A stretch of 64,000 bases of DNA from NCBI RefSeq assembly GCF_009914755.1, contig NC_060925.1; one strand, 5' to 3'. Shown here one piece after another: positions 51,640 through 64,000 of this stretch (positions are counted from its first letter, which is position 1; each line of letters opens with the position of its first letter). The notes under the pieces are model-generated. The model saw only the letters and a program-made list of their open reading frames with translations, searched no databases and was not told where the DNA came from. Both the position numbers and the translations under genes were made by a program. The DNA comes from the human T2T-CHM13v2.0 reference genome, Homo sapiens.

Positions 51640-52243
51640 ATCTCCTTGGATCCCAGTGGCCTTGCCCTGCCTGCCTCTCAGGCCATTAGCTTCTCCTTGG
51701 AGGCCTCTGCGGTACACTTTCTCTATTACTCATGTAGTTCTGCTGAATGGAGCCAACTAATTACTTCTCCAAGAATATCAGCCCTCCACGGTGGTTGCCA
51801 CTGTGCAACCAGGTAGCCAGCCATATGCCCAGAGTCTCTGGCTACTTCTGCCATTTATGGGTTCAGATGAAACATTTCACCACAGGGCATGGTTTTTGGC
51901 TTCCTGATCAGCCAGATATTACATCTGGAAGTACAGGAAAATTAACTCCCTGTGGGATCAATTTGAGCCAAAGAAGGGAAACAAATAATAGTTCTCTCTC
52001 CTCTCTTCCTTCCAACCACAGTTTTCCAGAGTGGCTGAGCAATATGCATAGCAAGCGATTCAGTCTCTCTGTGGCTTATTTTGAAGCAGTAGCTAGCATG
52101 ATAACCTTCTATTCCTTCTCATCCTTCCCAAACTCACTTCCTTTTCCCTCACTCTCACTGCCCTGGGATTGCACCTTCCATACAAAGTTTAATCATTTAA
52201 TCCATGCCTCAGGGTCTGTTTCCTAGGGAACTCAGGCTAAGAA
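51640..52243 (+). mobile_element. ERVL solo LTR (LTR16-like)
   Basis: ggaaaattaactccctgtgggatcaatttgagcca...ccctgggattgcaccttcc...cctcagggtctgtttcctagggaactcaggctaaga. Confidence 0.7.
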
Positions 52244-52585
52244 AAACAAGAGTAGAACTATTAGGCACATTCTGATAACCTCCCTAATAGGGTTTCTAGA
52301 AGCACTTTGGGAACCTGGAGGAGGAAGAGAAGATTAATTTAGCTGGAGTTTAATACAAAGAATGGTTAATATTTACCACTTGCTAAATGCCAGTCGCTAT
52401 CTAATGAGCTTCGCATGTATTATGATTTTCCTCATTTTACATATGAGTAAACCAAAGCATAGCAAAGTTAAATAACTTACTCCAGGTCATACAGCTTACT
52501 AGTAGAAGTTAGGATTCAAATTTTACCATAAAGCCAATGCTCTTAATTGCTAATCTTTGAAAATGTTATGCAAAATGCAGTGAGG

Positions 52586-52724
52586 GGCCGGGCTTGGTGG
52601 CTCACGCCTATAATCCCAGCACTTCAGGAGGCTGAAGTGGACTGATCCTTTGGGTCTAGGAGTTTAAGACCAGCCTAGGAAACATGGTGAAACCCAGTCT
52701 CTATTTAAAAAGTTAAAAAAAAAA
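52586..52724 (+). mobile_element. FLAM_C / Alu left monomer
   Basis: Monomer plus A-tail; TSD aaaatgcagtgagg. Confidence 0.92.
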
Positions 52725-53763
52725 ATGCAGTGAGGGAAGAGGATCAAGTCAAATGGACTCTGGAGCTCCAAAATTTGAGACTGTTGAGCCAAAGAATGAT
52801 AGGAGAGACATTAGGCTTAAGATAAGAGAAGATATGGAATAAGAAGAGATCCTTATGTAGCCTGGTGTTCTTTATGATCATTCCTCTTCACACAGACATC
52901 TCTCACCACAACTTTCCCCTTCTCCAACACACAGCACACTAATATAACTGAACAGTTTTGTCTTCAGGGTTAGCATGTAACCCCACATTTCCCTCCCACT
53001 AACTCTGTTTGCCTAAAAGGAAAAAAACCTTACTTTGTAGATAAATCCTCTCATTCCACAATTAGAGATAAGGACCTTCTGAAAGCAAATACCAGACTTC
53101 ATTTTAGCTAAAAATGATGTTATCAAACTCTTTCCTGTTTTGATGGAGGAGGACAGTTAGAAGCCCTGGGTCCCTGGAAGGGGACAGAGCAATCTGGAGG
53201 CAGGAAAGATGGCCTTACTAATTATACAATTTATTCATGGTTCTTCATGGTTCATCTTCATCTGAGAACAAGCAAGAAAGAGCTAGGCATAGCTGTCTTG
53301 TGGGGCCATGCTTTGACAAATCATCATGGAAACGATGATCAGATAATAAACATAAGCAGAGATCTAATCCATGGTAGGATATTTATAAAAAATGGACAGA
53401 ATTCTCTTTGGAATGTCAACTGTTTTAAACATGGGAATTGTAATCAGATGCTGGATATTATGAAACTTAAGGACTGTTATAGTTCAAATTTAGTTTCAAC
53501 AAATGTTATTACAAGAAACTCCTCTATAGAAAGACATCATTTCTAAGCTTAATCTCGGAATGATAGTCAATTTTTTTAAAATCATATTTGTTATATTTTA
53601 TCAGTCAATAATGGAAATGATTATAGAGTTCATTTTATAAGGCATACCCCATATGTGTGTGAGATGCTAGTGAGGAAGATAATAGGAAATGGCAATACTT
53701 AAAGTAAAAAATTACAGTCCTCTGAAATGCCCAAGCATGGCTTTTAAAATAACATTTCCCATG

Positions 53764-54107
53764 TGTCTTAGTCTATTTAGACTACTATAACAAAATGCCT
53801 TAAACAGGGTAATTTATAAACAAAAGAAATTTATTGCTCATGGTTCTGAAAACTGTGAAGTTCAAAATCAAGGCACCAGCAGATTCAGTGTCTGGTGAGG
53901 GCTTTACGGATGACAACTTGTTGTTGTGTCCTCACATGGCAGAGGAGACAGAGGGAGTAAACAGGCTGCCTCAAGCCCTTTATAGGGGTACTAATCCCAT
54001 TCATAAGGGTGAGTCTCCTCTAAGGCCCCGCCTCTTAATACCATCCCCTAGATGGTTAGGTTTCAACATATGAATTTTGAAGGGATACAGACATTCAGAC
54101 CATAGCA
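53764..54107 (-). mobile_element. MSTD/MLT1A-like solo LTR
   Basis: tgtcttagtctattt...aaggcaccagcagattcagtgtctggtgaggg...acattcagaccatagca. Confidence 0.88.
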
Positions 54108-54645
54108 TCATATATATTATTTTTTTAAAAAATTTTCCTCAACTTTGCTTCGTGTCCCCGTGTGTTTGATGTTCCTAGTCATATCACCATTTTGAACAAG
54201 AACAGCAACTTATTAGTGTTGTTACCTAAGCTTGTGCATTTTGTAGTTGTTCAATACCGTAAGGATCCCCATGCTAATGAATCCTTTTAATTACATCCTA
54301 TTTTGCAAACATTTGGATATTTGTTTGGCTAAATTTAGTTAACTTTAGTTAATCAAACAGTCTGGGGAAGAGCACATGCCTGCACTGTATGACTATCTTC
54401 CATGAGACAAGAGAAATCTATTTCATGATGGTTAAAAGCTCCCCATGGTCCCACAAGCTAATTAAAGTAAATTAGAGTCATGCTTAATAGCAACAGAAAA
54501 TTAATATTTAATTTAAAATAACTAGTTTTAAATTACATTTTTGTGTGTTTTCCACAGTTCGTTAGAATCATTTTTTATATCAAATTTGAGTAACATAAAA
54601 TGTTAGCTTTTCTATTTCTGCTGTAAAATAATTATCATGAACTGG

Positions 54646-54933
<288 letters not shown>

Positions 54934-54939
54934 TTCACA

Positions 54940-55222
54940 GGCCGGATTCAGTGGCTCACACCTGTAATCTAGGATCACTTGAGGCCAGGAATTCGAGTTG
55001 CAGCCTGAGTAACAATAGCAAGACCCTGTTTCTACAAAAAAATTAAAAAATTAGCCAGATGTGGAGGTGTACACCTGTAGTCCTAGCTTCTCAGGAGGCT
55101 GAGACAGAAACTTCACTTGAGCCCAGGAGTTTGAAGCTGCAGTAAGCTATCATTGTGCTACTGCACTCCAGCCTGGGTGACACAGCCAGACCCTGTCTCT
55201 AAAATAAATAAATAAATAAAAA
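54940..55222 (+). mobile_element. AluJ element (internal deletion in left arm)
   Basis: cacttgagcccaggagtttgaagctgcagtaagctat; (TAAA)n tail. Confidence 0.92.
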
Positions 55223-56610
55223 TTATCACAAATTTAGTGGCTTAAAATAATGCGGATGTCTTATCTCACAGTTCTACAGGCCAGAAGTCCGGTATGGGTT
55301 CCTTCCTGTTGGCTCTAGAAGAAAATCACTTCCTTGCTCATTCAGTTGTTAACAGAATCCAGTTCCATGTGGCTGAAGGACTGAGGTCCTCATTTTCCTT
55401 CTGATAGTGAACTGAGGGCCATTACAGTGGCCATTTAGAGGCCACTGTAGTCCCTGTTTCATGGCCCCCTTCCTCTGTCTTAAAAGCCAGCCATATTGGG
55501 TTGAGTCTTTGTTGCATCTGTTTCTGACCACAGCAAGAAAAAGTTCTCTGCTTTTAAAAATGCATGTAGTTTGATTGGACTCACCTGGGTTGTCCAGGAT
55601 ATTCAGGACAGATAACCTGAAGGTCCATAACCTTAATTGCATCTGTAAATTCCCTTTTGCCATGTAAGATGACATATTCACAAGTTTCAGAGATTTGGAC
55701 ATGGACATCTTTGGGGGCCATTATTCTATCTACCACACATGAAGAAGCACATGGGTGGTGGAGGGAAGAAAAATTATCTAAGAAAGAACTATGTTTTACC
55801 ATTTTTTTTTCTGCAATGCGTCTCCCAAACATTGTCCCTGTAAGTGGTTTCTAACTCTTGAAATGACATGCTTACTGGTTTACAGTGCATAACTTAATGG
55901 TTTACAGTGCAGTTGAAGAAGACACCCATTAGGAAGCATGACACACTGGCATTGTTTTCTTTTGTTAGAAGGTCTGTTGGCCTCTCCTATTTAGGGTATT
56001 ATGCCAACAAGCATCAAGAGTCTCCTGGGTTTCTGACCTCATGGTCTGATATCTGGATCTTACAAACTGCTCTAAATGTTCAAGGTGAACTATGGCAGTT
56101 CTCCAGAAGTATATAGCCTTTCAGGAGACCCTACTCCAAACAATAGGACATGCTAATTGTGGGTCTCTCTAGGGGATCAAAGTTACTTTTAGGTGGACTC
56201 CAATGAGGGTCAGATTTAATCCAGTTATTTCTAATAGTCTGACCAGCAGACTTTTCTGGTGGTCATTTTTTTATGTGGGTCTGGACCATCGATTTAAGTT
56301 ACTAGACTATTGCAGTAGCCTTCTAATTCATCTCCCTCCTTCCAGTCTCTCTCCATGATATCTTATCCTTTATGTTATCAGAACAATGGGAATTCTCAAC
56401 TTTTTAGTGTTTAACATCCCTGAGGAATCCACTATACTTCCATTAGTAACAGTGCTTCATAATGGCGGTACTTCTCAACGCAAAGTCTGTTAGGTTTACA
56501 AAAGAATCCTAGATGATTCTGAGCCTCCATTACTCATCCCCAAATAGTTCTGCAATCTCCTTTTTATATACTTTAAGGGGGCATGGGATCATCATCATAA
56601 TAAAACTTTT

Positions 56611-56737
56611 TGCCTGTAATCCCAGTGACTTGGGAGGCAGAGGTGGGAGGATCACTTGAGCCCAGGAGTCTGAGGCTGCAGTGAGTCATAATCATGCAAC
56701 AGAGTAAGACCCTGTCTCTTAAAAAGTAACAAAAATA
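56611..56737 (+). mobile_element. FAM/FRAM-like Alu monomer
   Basis: gcctgtaatcccagtgacttgggaggcagaggtgggaggatcacttgagcccaggag. Confidence 0.85.
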
Positions 56738-56754
56738 ACCTTTTTATTGTCATT

Positions 56755-56975
56755 ACAATAACACTTACGTGCTTCTTACCATGTGCCAGATATTGTTCTA
56801 GGTGCTTTATATATGTTAATTACTTTAATCTGTGTAAGCGCTCTTATTAAACCAATGTTACAGATGAGGGAAATGAAGTTAAGTGACTTGCCCACAGTCA
56901 TATAATTAAATTAGTAAGTGAGGGACCTGTGATATAAACTCAGATTCTATACTCTCAACCACTAAGCCAAACTGT
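56755..56975 (-). mobile_element. MIR SINE
   Basis: ttaccatgtgccagatattgttctaggtgcttt...tacagatgagggaaatgaagttaagtgacttgccc. Confidence 0.8.
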
Positions 56976-56995
56976 AACCCAGCACCTTCTGTTAA

Positions 56996-57391
<396 letters not shown>

Positions 57392-58802
57392 TAAAGATTT
57401 TAGCATAGCATTCAAGACTCTTTATTATCCATATCTAACCTCAAAACTGACCTTCGTGATTTCATTCTAGTATCCCATCACATTTGCTTCCATTTAGTAA
57501 ACATGGATTGGGTATTTTGATCTAGGTAGAAAGGGTATAAAGACCCTACAAAGTACAGTAGAGAAACAAAGAAATAATGATCATAAACAGAGAAGGGGAT
57601 TCATTTATTGAGGCTTTATGTGTCAGGCACTGTGCTGTTGCATGTATTTACCCCTTACAGCTGGGATGGCAGTGGTACAACTGGGATTCAGACTCTGGCC
57701 TGTCTCCAAAGCTCATGGTTTTTCCATAACACCAGAGGTTTTTAAAATTTTTCTTTCCTGTCAAGAAACTTATTATTGAAGTGGAAATAAGCCGAACAGA
57801 TAACAGCAGAACTCTGATTAATCAGATGTGAAACCCAGCCCAGAACCCCTACCTACCTCCATCCCCAGGTCTCTGACAGGACACCACAGAGCTCAATTTG
57901 GAAACCATGCACTTCGCAATGCTGCTTTTCTTTGGTTTGGCCTTTTAATAACGTACAAAGTGCAATAGTATAAATAGTGTAGCGTGTGCAATGCATTTTG
58001 GGAACTAAAAGAAAAGGAGGAACCAGAACTAAATTTTATAAAAGAAAAGTAATTTCCACAGAGAAGGTTACATTTGACCTGCATCTTAAGAACGGGTAGG
58101 GGTTTTCCAACAGGAGAATGAAGTATGAACTCTGAAGGCAGCCACAGCAACATAAATACCCTGACCACATTTGGCATTCTCACATTTCATTGCCTTTAAA
58201 AACAAAAATGGAAACTTGGTGCCTGGACAGTGTAGTGTGGTGATAAGAGACTAAGCTGGAAGACAGGGGACTGGAACTAGACATACTGGATTAGCTACTT
58301 CAGTGCCTTGTTCTTCTTTCATGTATGAATTCAGAGGATTTCACTAGGGACCAATAAAAGCTCCTTCAAGCCATAGAAACATCATTTTGTAGATCATGTG
58401 CAATTTCTTTTCTGCTATCTTATCTGCAAATGTAGAAGAAAAACTATTACAAGTGTCATGAGTAAGAGCTTGGGTTCTGCTCCTCACATGCTTTATGATT
58501 CAGAGCAAGGTTCTTAACTACACTATGCTTGAATTACCCTAGTTGACTATATAAGGTTGTTGGGAAAAGTATGTTAATGCATGTAAAGTACATTGCCTGG
58601 TATATACCAAGGGCTTAATAAGTGTTAACTATAATTATGTGTGTGTGCACATAATACATATGTATATCTACATGGGTAGAAATTTTAAAAGATTCACAGG
58701 GTATACAGAATATGTAGACTTCGAAAATGCAATAAAACAAGAAAAGTATCTTTGTAATCTTAACTAGAAGGAATTGCTTCCAACATGAAAAACTGGACTT
58801 TT

Positions 58803-59152
58803 TAAAAAAATGTTTAATTTATTTTTTTAATGGACAAATAATGATTGTACGTATTCAGAGAATACATAGCAATGTTTGGATTCATATAATGTATAGTGAT
58901 CAGATGAGGGTAATTAGCACATCCATCATCTCAAACATTTATCATTTCTTTGTGTTGGGAACATTCAATATCCTCCTTCTAGCTATTCGAAACTACATTT
59001 TTGTTAATTATAGTCATCCCATAGTGATACAGAATACTAAGACTTATTCCTCCTATCTAGCTGTAATTTTGTATCCTTTAACTAATCTCTCCTTGTTCTT
59101 CCCTGTCTCTTACCTTCCTAGACTCTAGTATCCCCTGCTCTACTATTTACTC
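58803..59152 (-). mobile_element. L1MA 3' end
   Basis: gatcagatgagggtaattagcacatccatcatctcaaacatttatcatttctttgtgttgggaacattc; TSD-like aaaaactggacttt / aaaaagtggacttt. Confidence 0.88.
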
Positions 59153-59359
59153 AAAAAAGTGGACTTTTACTTATTGCTTTGGCCTTAGGTCAAAAAAGTG
59201 AAGGAATTGCATCTTCTTATCTGTCCTTTTGGTCTCTTATAACTTAGAAAGACTTATTTTCTTTATTATAGTTTATTTTCTAGATAGAAATAATCTATCC
59301 AGCTTCTAAAACTCCACATTTAAATGTCTGTTTTGGTTTAATTCAACAAGAAAAATAAG

Positions 59360-59560
59360 GATAATAGCTCTCATGTTTACAATACATGTGTGTCAGGCAA
59401 TTTTAGACACTTTACTCAGATAATCTCATGTATCTTCACAAGAATTTTATGAAATAAAGATTCGTATTCCCATTTTACAAATGAGCAAATAGAGGCGAAG
59501 AGGATTAAAGATTCTGCCCAGGTCATGTGACTAAGAATTGCACAGCCAGAATTCTGTCCC
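59360..59560 (-). mobile_element. MIR SINE
   Basis: tattcccattttacaaatgagcaaatagaggc...tgcccaggtcatgtgactaag. Confidence 0.75.
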
Positions 59561-59713
59561 AAGTCCCGCCTTGCCAGTCACGTTTGGCTTTCCCACCTGC
59601 AGTGCGGGACCCAAGCTGCTTTCTGAGGAGAGCCGGGAGCTGCCCTGAGATCAACACTTGGTCCTGTTCTATCAGTAGTTACCAAAAATGGCTAATGATC
59701 TAAATTCTCTGGG

Positions 59714-60160
59714 TGCCCAAATGTCCTTCAACAGATGAAAGAATAAACAGAATGTAGCATATCCACACAATGGGATATTTTTTGGCCATAAAAAGGAATA
59801 AAGTACTATGCTAATACATGCTACAACTTGAATGGACCTTGAAAACATTATGCCAAGTGAAAGAAGCCAATCAAAAAATACCATGTAATGTATGGTTCCA
59901 TTCATATAGAGGTCCAGAACAGGGAAATCTATAGAGACTAAGATGGTTGTTTAGAGATGAAGGTGGCGGGGGTGGGGCGGGGGACAATGCATTAATTGCT
60001 AAAGAGGATGGGATTTCTTTCTGAGGTGATAAAAATATTCTAAAATTAACAGTGCTGATGGTGACACATATCTGGGGATATACTAAAAACCATTGAATGG
60101 TATGCTTTAAATGGATGAGTTACATGGGATATGAATTATATCTCAACACAATTGTTTTTA
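59714..60160 (+). mobile_element. L1MB 3' end (inside a MER5-like element spanning ~59673-60345)
   Basis: cccaaatgtccttcaacagatgaa...gaaaacattatgccaagtgaaagaagccaatcaaaaa...tgaattatatctcaa. Confidence 0.85.
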
Positions 60161-62294
60161 AGAAATTATCTGGAGATTTTTAAAAAATGCTGATTCCTGA
60201 CTTTGCCTCACCCCACCCACACCTCCATCTCAACTCCTACCTCTGAGTTTCCAATTCAATAAATCTGGGCTGATTCTCTGGAAATTTGTATTTTATCAAA
60301 GGTGCCCCCAGTCATTCTTGTGATAATGCATGTTTGGCTGTTACTGCTCCAGAAATGGGTTGGGCTGGCCAAGAACTAACCCAGAACTAGGTCAAACATG
60401 TTGAAACCCAGAATTCCTGGGCGGACATGGCTCTTTATAACTGGCATGATTTTCAGGGTGGCTGGTGGAATACCAAAGTCACTGAATACCAAACATCACA
60501 AAGTTGGCTTGGGCACTTTTTTCCCAGGAGTAAAGCAGTGTCCAGTAAAATCTGGAAGAATATTGTTTTACCGGAACATCTTGAGATTCCTGTTGAGCGA
60601 GCTTTTTCCTTTTTGCATAATTTTGGTGATCCTTTTTGCTCCATTGTAAATGAGTTCCCAAAGCTCTTCTTCAGTTGATTTTTTATATGGCAAGTTAATA
60701 GAGTATCTTATTTCTGAGATGTGGAGATAAGGAGTCAAAAAAGTAACTTAATAGAGAGAAAGCATATCAACTCCAGGAGAAGGAATTATACTGAGAAAGA
60801 AGTAATGGCAAAAGTTTAGTGTCTGAAATTTTATATCTTAATGACAGATTGGCTAAATGATCAGAAAATAGATTTAAGGAAATGACACTAAATTGGAAGG
60901 AGATGAAATAAATGAGCTTCTAACTAACGTTTAACCATATTTCATGATTATAAATATTAAGCCAGGTGCATTTCTGGGGTTTTTACTATTCAAATATAAA
61001 CAGTTGGGCCTCTGAAGAGAACAACACTACATTTTATTATTCTAACATTACAAATACTTTTGAGTATTTCTAGAATGTGATATACTTTTTCTGACTAAAC
61101 AGCATTATCTCTTAGTTAAGATCCAATGCTACAATTTGACCCCTTCTGGCAAATTAAATATAATTATGCAAACTACTAGGATTTGGGCCTAATCTAATTA
61201 ATACGGTACATATAAAGCAGATAATAATTTCCCTGGTGGAAAACTAGATTGTCTAATTTCATGTTTGAAATGTGGTTTAGAAAAACATTGTATTATGTAA
61301 GAAAGATTTCATTATCTTATGTATTCTGTTTACTCAGCCCCATAATGGACATGTTTAGAAAAATAAAGCCCAAACTGGAATCTTCAAATGATGACATCTT
61401 GTTTCGGAAATTTAAAATTAAAAAATAAGATATTCCATGAAACTAGAAAAAGAATAATTTCATTTAGAGAAGATTGCTTTTTCTCTAATAAAGTACAAAC
61501 ATAGCACTACTATAATTTTTCTCTTTATATAGCCACAAGCAGTACTGAATATGATTTAATGGAGATAATTCTGTTCATTTAAACATAAAAGTTTAAGGGC
61601 TTAAAATTGATCTAGATTAGATGCATGCCAATAAATTCCAATCACAAACTTTCTGGATGATATTTATAATCCTGAGATTGAGTGCACGCTTTTTAAAATG
61701 TCTGAATCCCATTAGCATTAATCAGTGCTGTATGTGTGCACTGAGCAGAAATCAAGAAAGAATTTTGTTTAGTGCCCCTTACCAAGAAAACAAAAGAAAC
61801 TATCTGTTTCATATGGAAAAAAAACAGGTCTTTTTTTTGTTGCTTTTCTCATACAAAAGTGAATTCTATATGTAACTGAAGTCCTGGTTTAATAACACTG
61901 AATATTCGTTTTTCATCTAAAGGAAGTGCACATGGTGTAGTGAGACAAGGAGCTTTCTCAGGCCTGTGTCATTTCCAAGTGTGTGAACACAGTCTTTGCT
62001 CATTTGTTCCTTAGCTCCTCGGGGAGACTGCCAACAAGCAGGCCAGCTCTCAAGCTGTATTGTGCAAAGATTTCTAGCTCACAGGAGTTGGATTTTTTTT
62101 CCACAGGTAAAAATGTCAACGTCATAAAGCTGTCTAAACACATGTTGGAGAGCAACAACTTTTAGAAAGTAGTAGCCTGTGTTACTTATTTTTAGCAGAG
62201 AAACATCAGTCTGGTGGATAAAGAGAAAAAGTTCTGTTGAGAATTCTAATGCTATATTTTCTACTCTGCTTGTAAACCTGTAATGACAAATATA

Positions 62295-62414
62295 TTCCTG
62301 AGAAATAAAGCAGTAGAAGCAGTGTTTGTGTTGTGAGTTTATGTTTATGTGCTATTAAACAAGCACAAATGTGAGTGATGCTAGCAGCTACTTTCATTGT
62401 GCCAGGGATTCCCC
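62295..62414. promoter_or_regulatory. Candidate STAT6 (TTC-N4-GAA) plus NF-kB (GGGATTCCCC) motif pair
   Basis: TTCCTGAGAA 62295-62304 and GGGATTCCCC 62405-62414 in non-repetitive DNA. Motif evidence only. Confidence 0.3.
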
Positions 62415-64000
62415 ACTCATGGGCTACATACCTTTGAGATGGGGAAGGCGGCACAGAGTTGTAGTAAAGAAAGGAGGAGGGAGCAATAATCCTCATGTTC
62501 ATGTGGAGTTTTAACTGAGTGGTATTAAAAATGCAACCATCGTAATGTGATATGGAAGGGCCCTCAAATATTTTCTATTAAGAACAAAAATAAATCATCT
62601 CATATCTTAGATTTGCTTCAGAATAATCTGAAGTGGGATGAGTAAGTAAAGCACAGATAAAATAAGGTGGGTCATGAGATGATAATTGTTAAAGCTGGGT
62701 GATGGATACATGGAGGTTTGTTAAACAGTCTCTAACTTAGGATTTTTTTTTTTATTTTCCAAAATAATAAGCTTAAAAATATTATGCTTAGAAAGGTTGG
62801 AGACCACTGCTTTTATACTAAACTATCAAGTAATTTTGCTTAAAAATTCTTGCACTGGGTACCCAATTGATGACAAATATGAGAGTAGTCAAGTTGTTAA
62901 AGCAAATATTAAAGTGGGTTACGGAATGCTACATAAGAGATACAATTCAATATTCTTACTATAGGGGTGCCCAGATCTAGTTTTTACACTTAATCTAATT
63001 TTTATCTCACATCAAATATTGGAAAGAAAAAACATAGCATTTGTGTACCCACAATGGATTATAAGATCTATTGACTGAGAAAAGCCTAAAAATTAATATG
63101 CATTTATCACAATTACCTGTTATGCCCTTTTTCCTTTTTCCCTCTCTTCCTGTCTCTATTTTTCTCTAATCCAGTGCTATTTACCTTAAGTTTGAAGATA
63201 ATGACCTATTTCATAATTTAAGTGGCAAACACAAATTAGAATACATCCTTTTGGGCTATTACTCACAACCACTTCGTCTGCGACAACTGTTCTACTTTTC
63301 TTTAGCCTTGGCAAGCTATTCAGAACAACATTTCCTTCTTTTCATTCTTATGCAGGGTGATTGTTTGGTGCTGATACAACATTGACTTTTCCCATAATTT
63401 AGCTTAGAGTGTTTTACACTGGGGAGTTCCAATGTGTTTAAATTGTAAAACTTTTTCCGAGCATTTTTGTAGCAGAACTCCATGTTCTAATAGCCCCGGC
63501 AAAGTTGTTTTTAATACTTTTTCTCTACGAATTTTCATTAAAATTTAATTCCATTTTAACTTTGTCAATTTTCCCCAAAGATAAATTAAGACACACAGAG
63601 AGATTGTCATTTCCTGTTTGAAGTCTCATTCCTGTGTACAATGTCAGTCTTTTTTATTTAGGCCTATGCCATTCCATCAGGGTAAATAACTTTCTAACTA
63701 GTCATTTAAGAGCAACTCCCGGGAAACTGTGATGCAATCCCACATATCAGCCAGGTGAGTTACGTTGGGATCAAAGATTATGTGATCGCATGTATGTGTG
63801 TTTCTTTGTCATATAAGTTATACTCTGGCTTATCACTGCGTGATAACTTTACATCAACTTCCCACATTCTTATCTTTTGAATGATATGTATGGTGAGCTG
63901 ACCAGTGGGTTTTAAGATGTAGTAGCAGAAGAATCCAACAGAAAACTGTGGAGATTTTAGCTGAGATAGGAATTTTTAGGTTGGTCATATTCGCTTTGGG

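Noticed and set aside
51747-52226. 159-aa ORF
   Set aside because: Entirely within an LTR16-like LTR; no homology recognised
53247-53546. 99-aa ATG ORF in unique DNA
   Set aside because: No recognisable domain, splice context or promoter; length compatible with chance
59962-59983. G-quadruplex-like runs (also 27333-27353, 40279-40292)
   Set aside because: Mostly ordinary L1 3' UTR G-tracts; no evidence of locus-specific function
60398-60694. Four overlapping ORFs / possible processed pseudogene
   Set aside because: No protein recognised in any frame, no poly(A) or TSD; TBLASTX would settle it

Overview
AT-rich, CpG-poor primate (very probably human) non-coding DNA. I see no protein-coding gene, CpG island, tRNA, rRNA or CRISPR array. 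Much of the window is transposon debris: about 13 Alu/FLAM/FAM copies, L1PA/PB/MA/MB/MC/ME fragments, a near full-length Tigger1, MER119, an LTR-int-LTR MaLR provirus, solo MST/MLT1/LTR16/ERV1 LTRs, L2 and MIR. The long ORFs in the track are TE remnants or chance ORFs. The most informative features are: (1) a full-length, TSD-flanked retrocopy of the H/ACA scaRNA SCARNA16/ACA47 (45996-46180) that keeps its H box, ACA box, U1-pseudouridylation pocket and miR-6516-like hairpin; (2) a 33-nt U2 snRNA 5' fragment; (3) a 136-bp segment present three times, twice as an abnormally long duplication flanking an L1PA and once as an apparent templated insertion inside an older L1MB; (4) further local template-copy scars at 10.6 kb and 20.5 kb; (5) non-repetitive islands with dense haematopoietic/endothelial TF motif clusters (~25.0, 41.1-41.5, 49.7, 62.3 kb). 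From memory only (needs BLAT), this may be human 1p21.2 between DPH5 and S1PR1. I cannot support a wholly new biological system. Repeat subfamily names come from visual recognition of consensus sequences, not a RepeatMasker run, and boundaries of old repeats are approximate.
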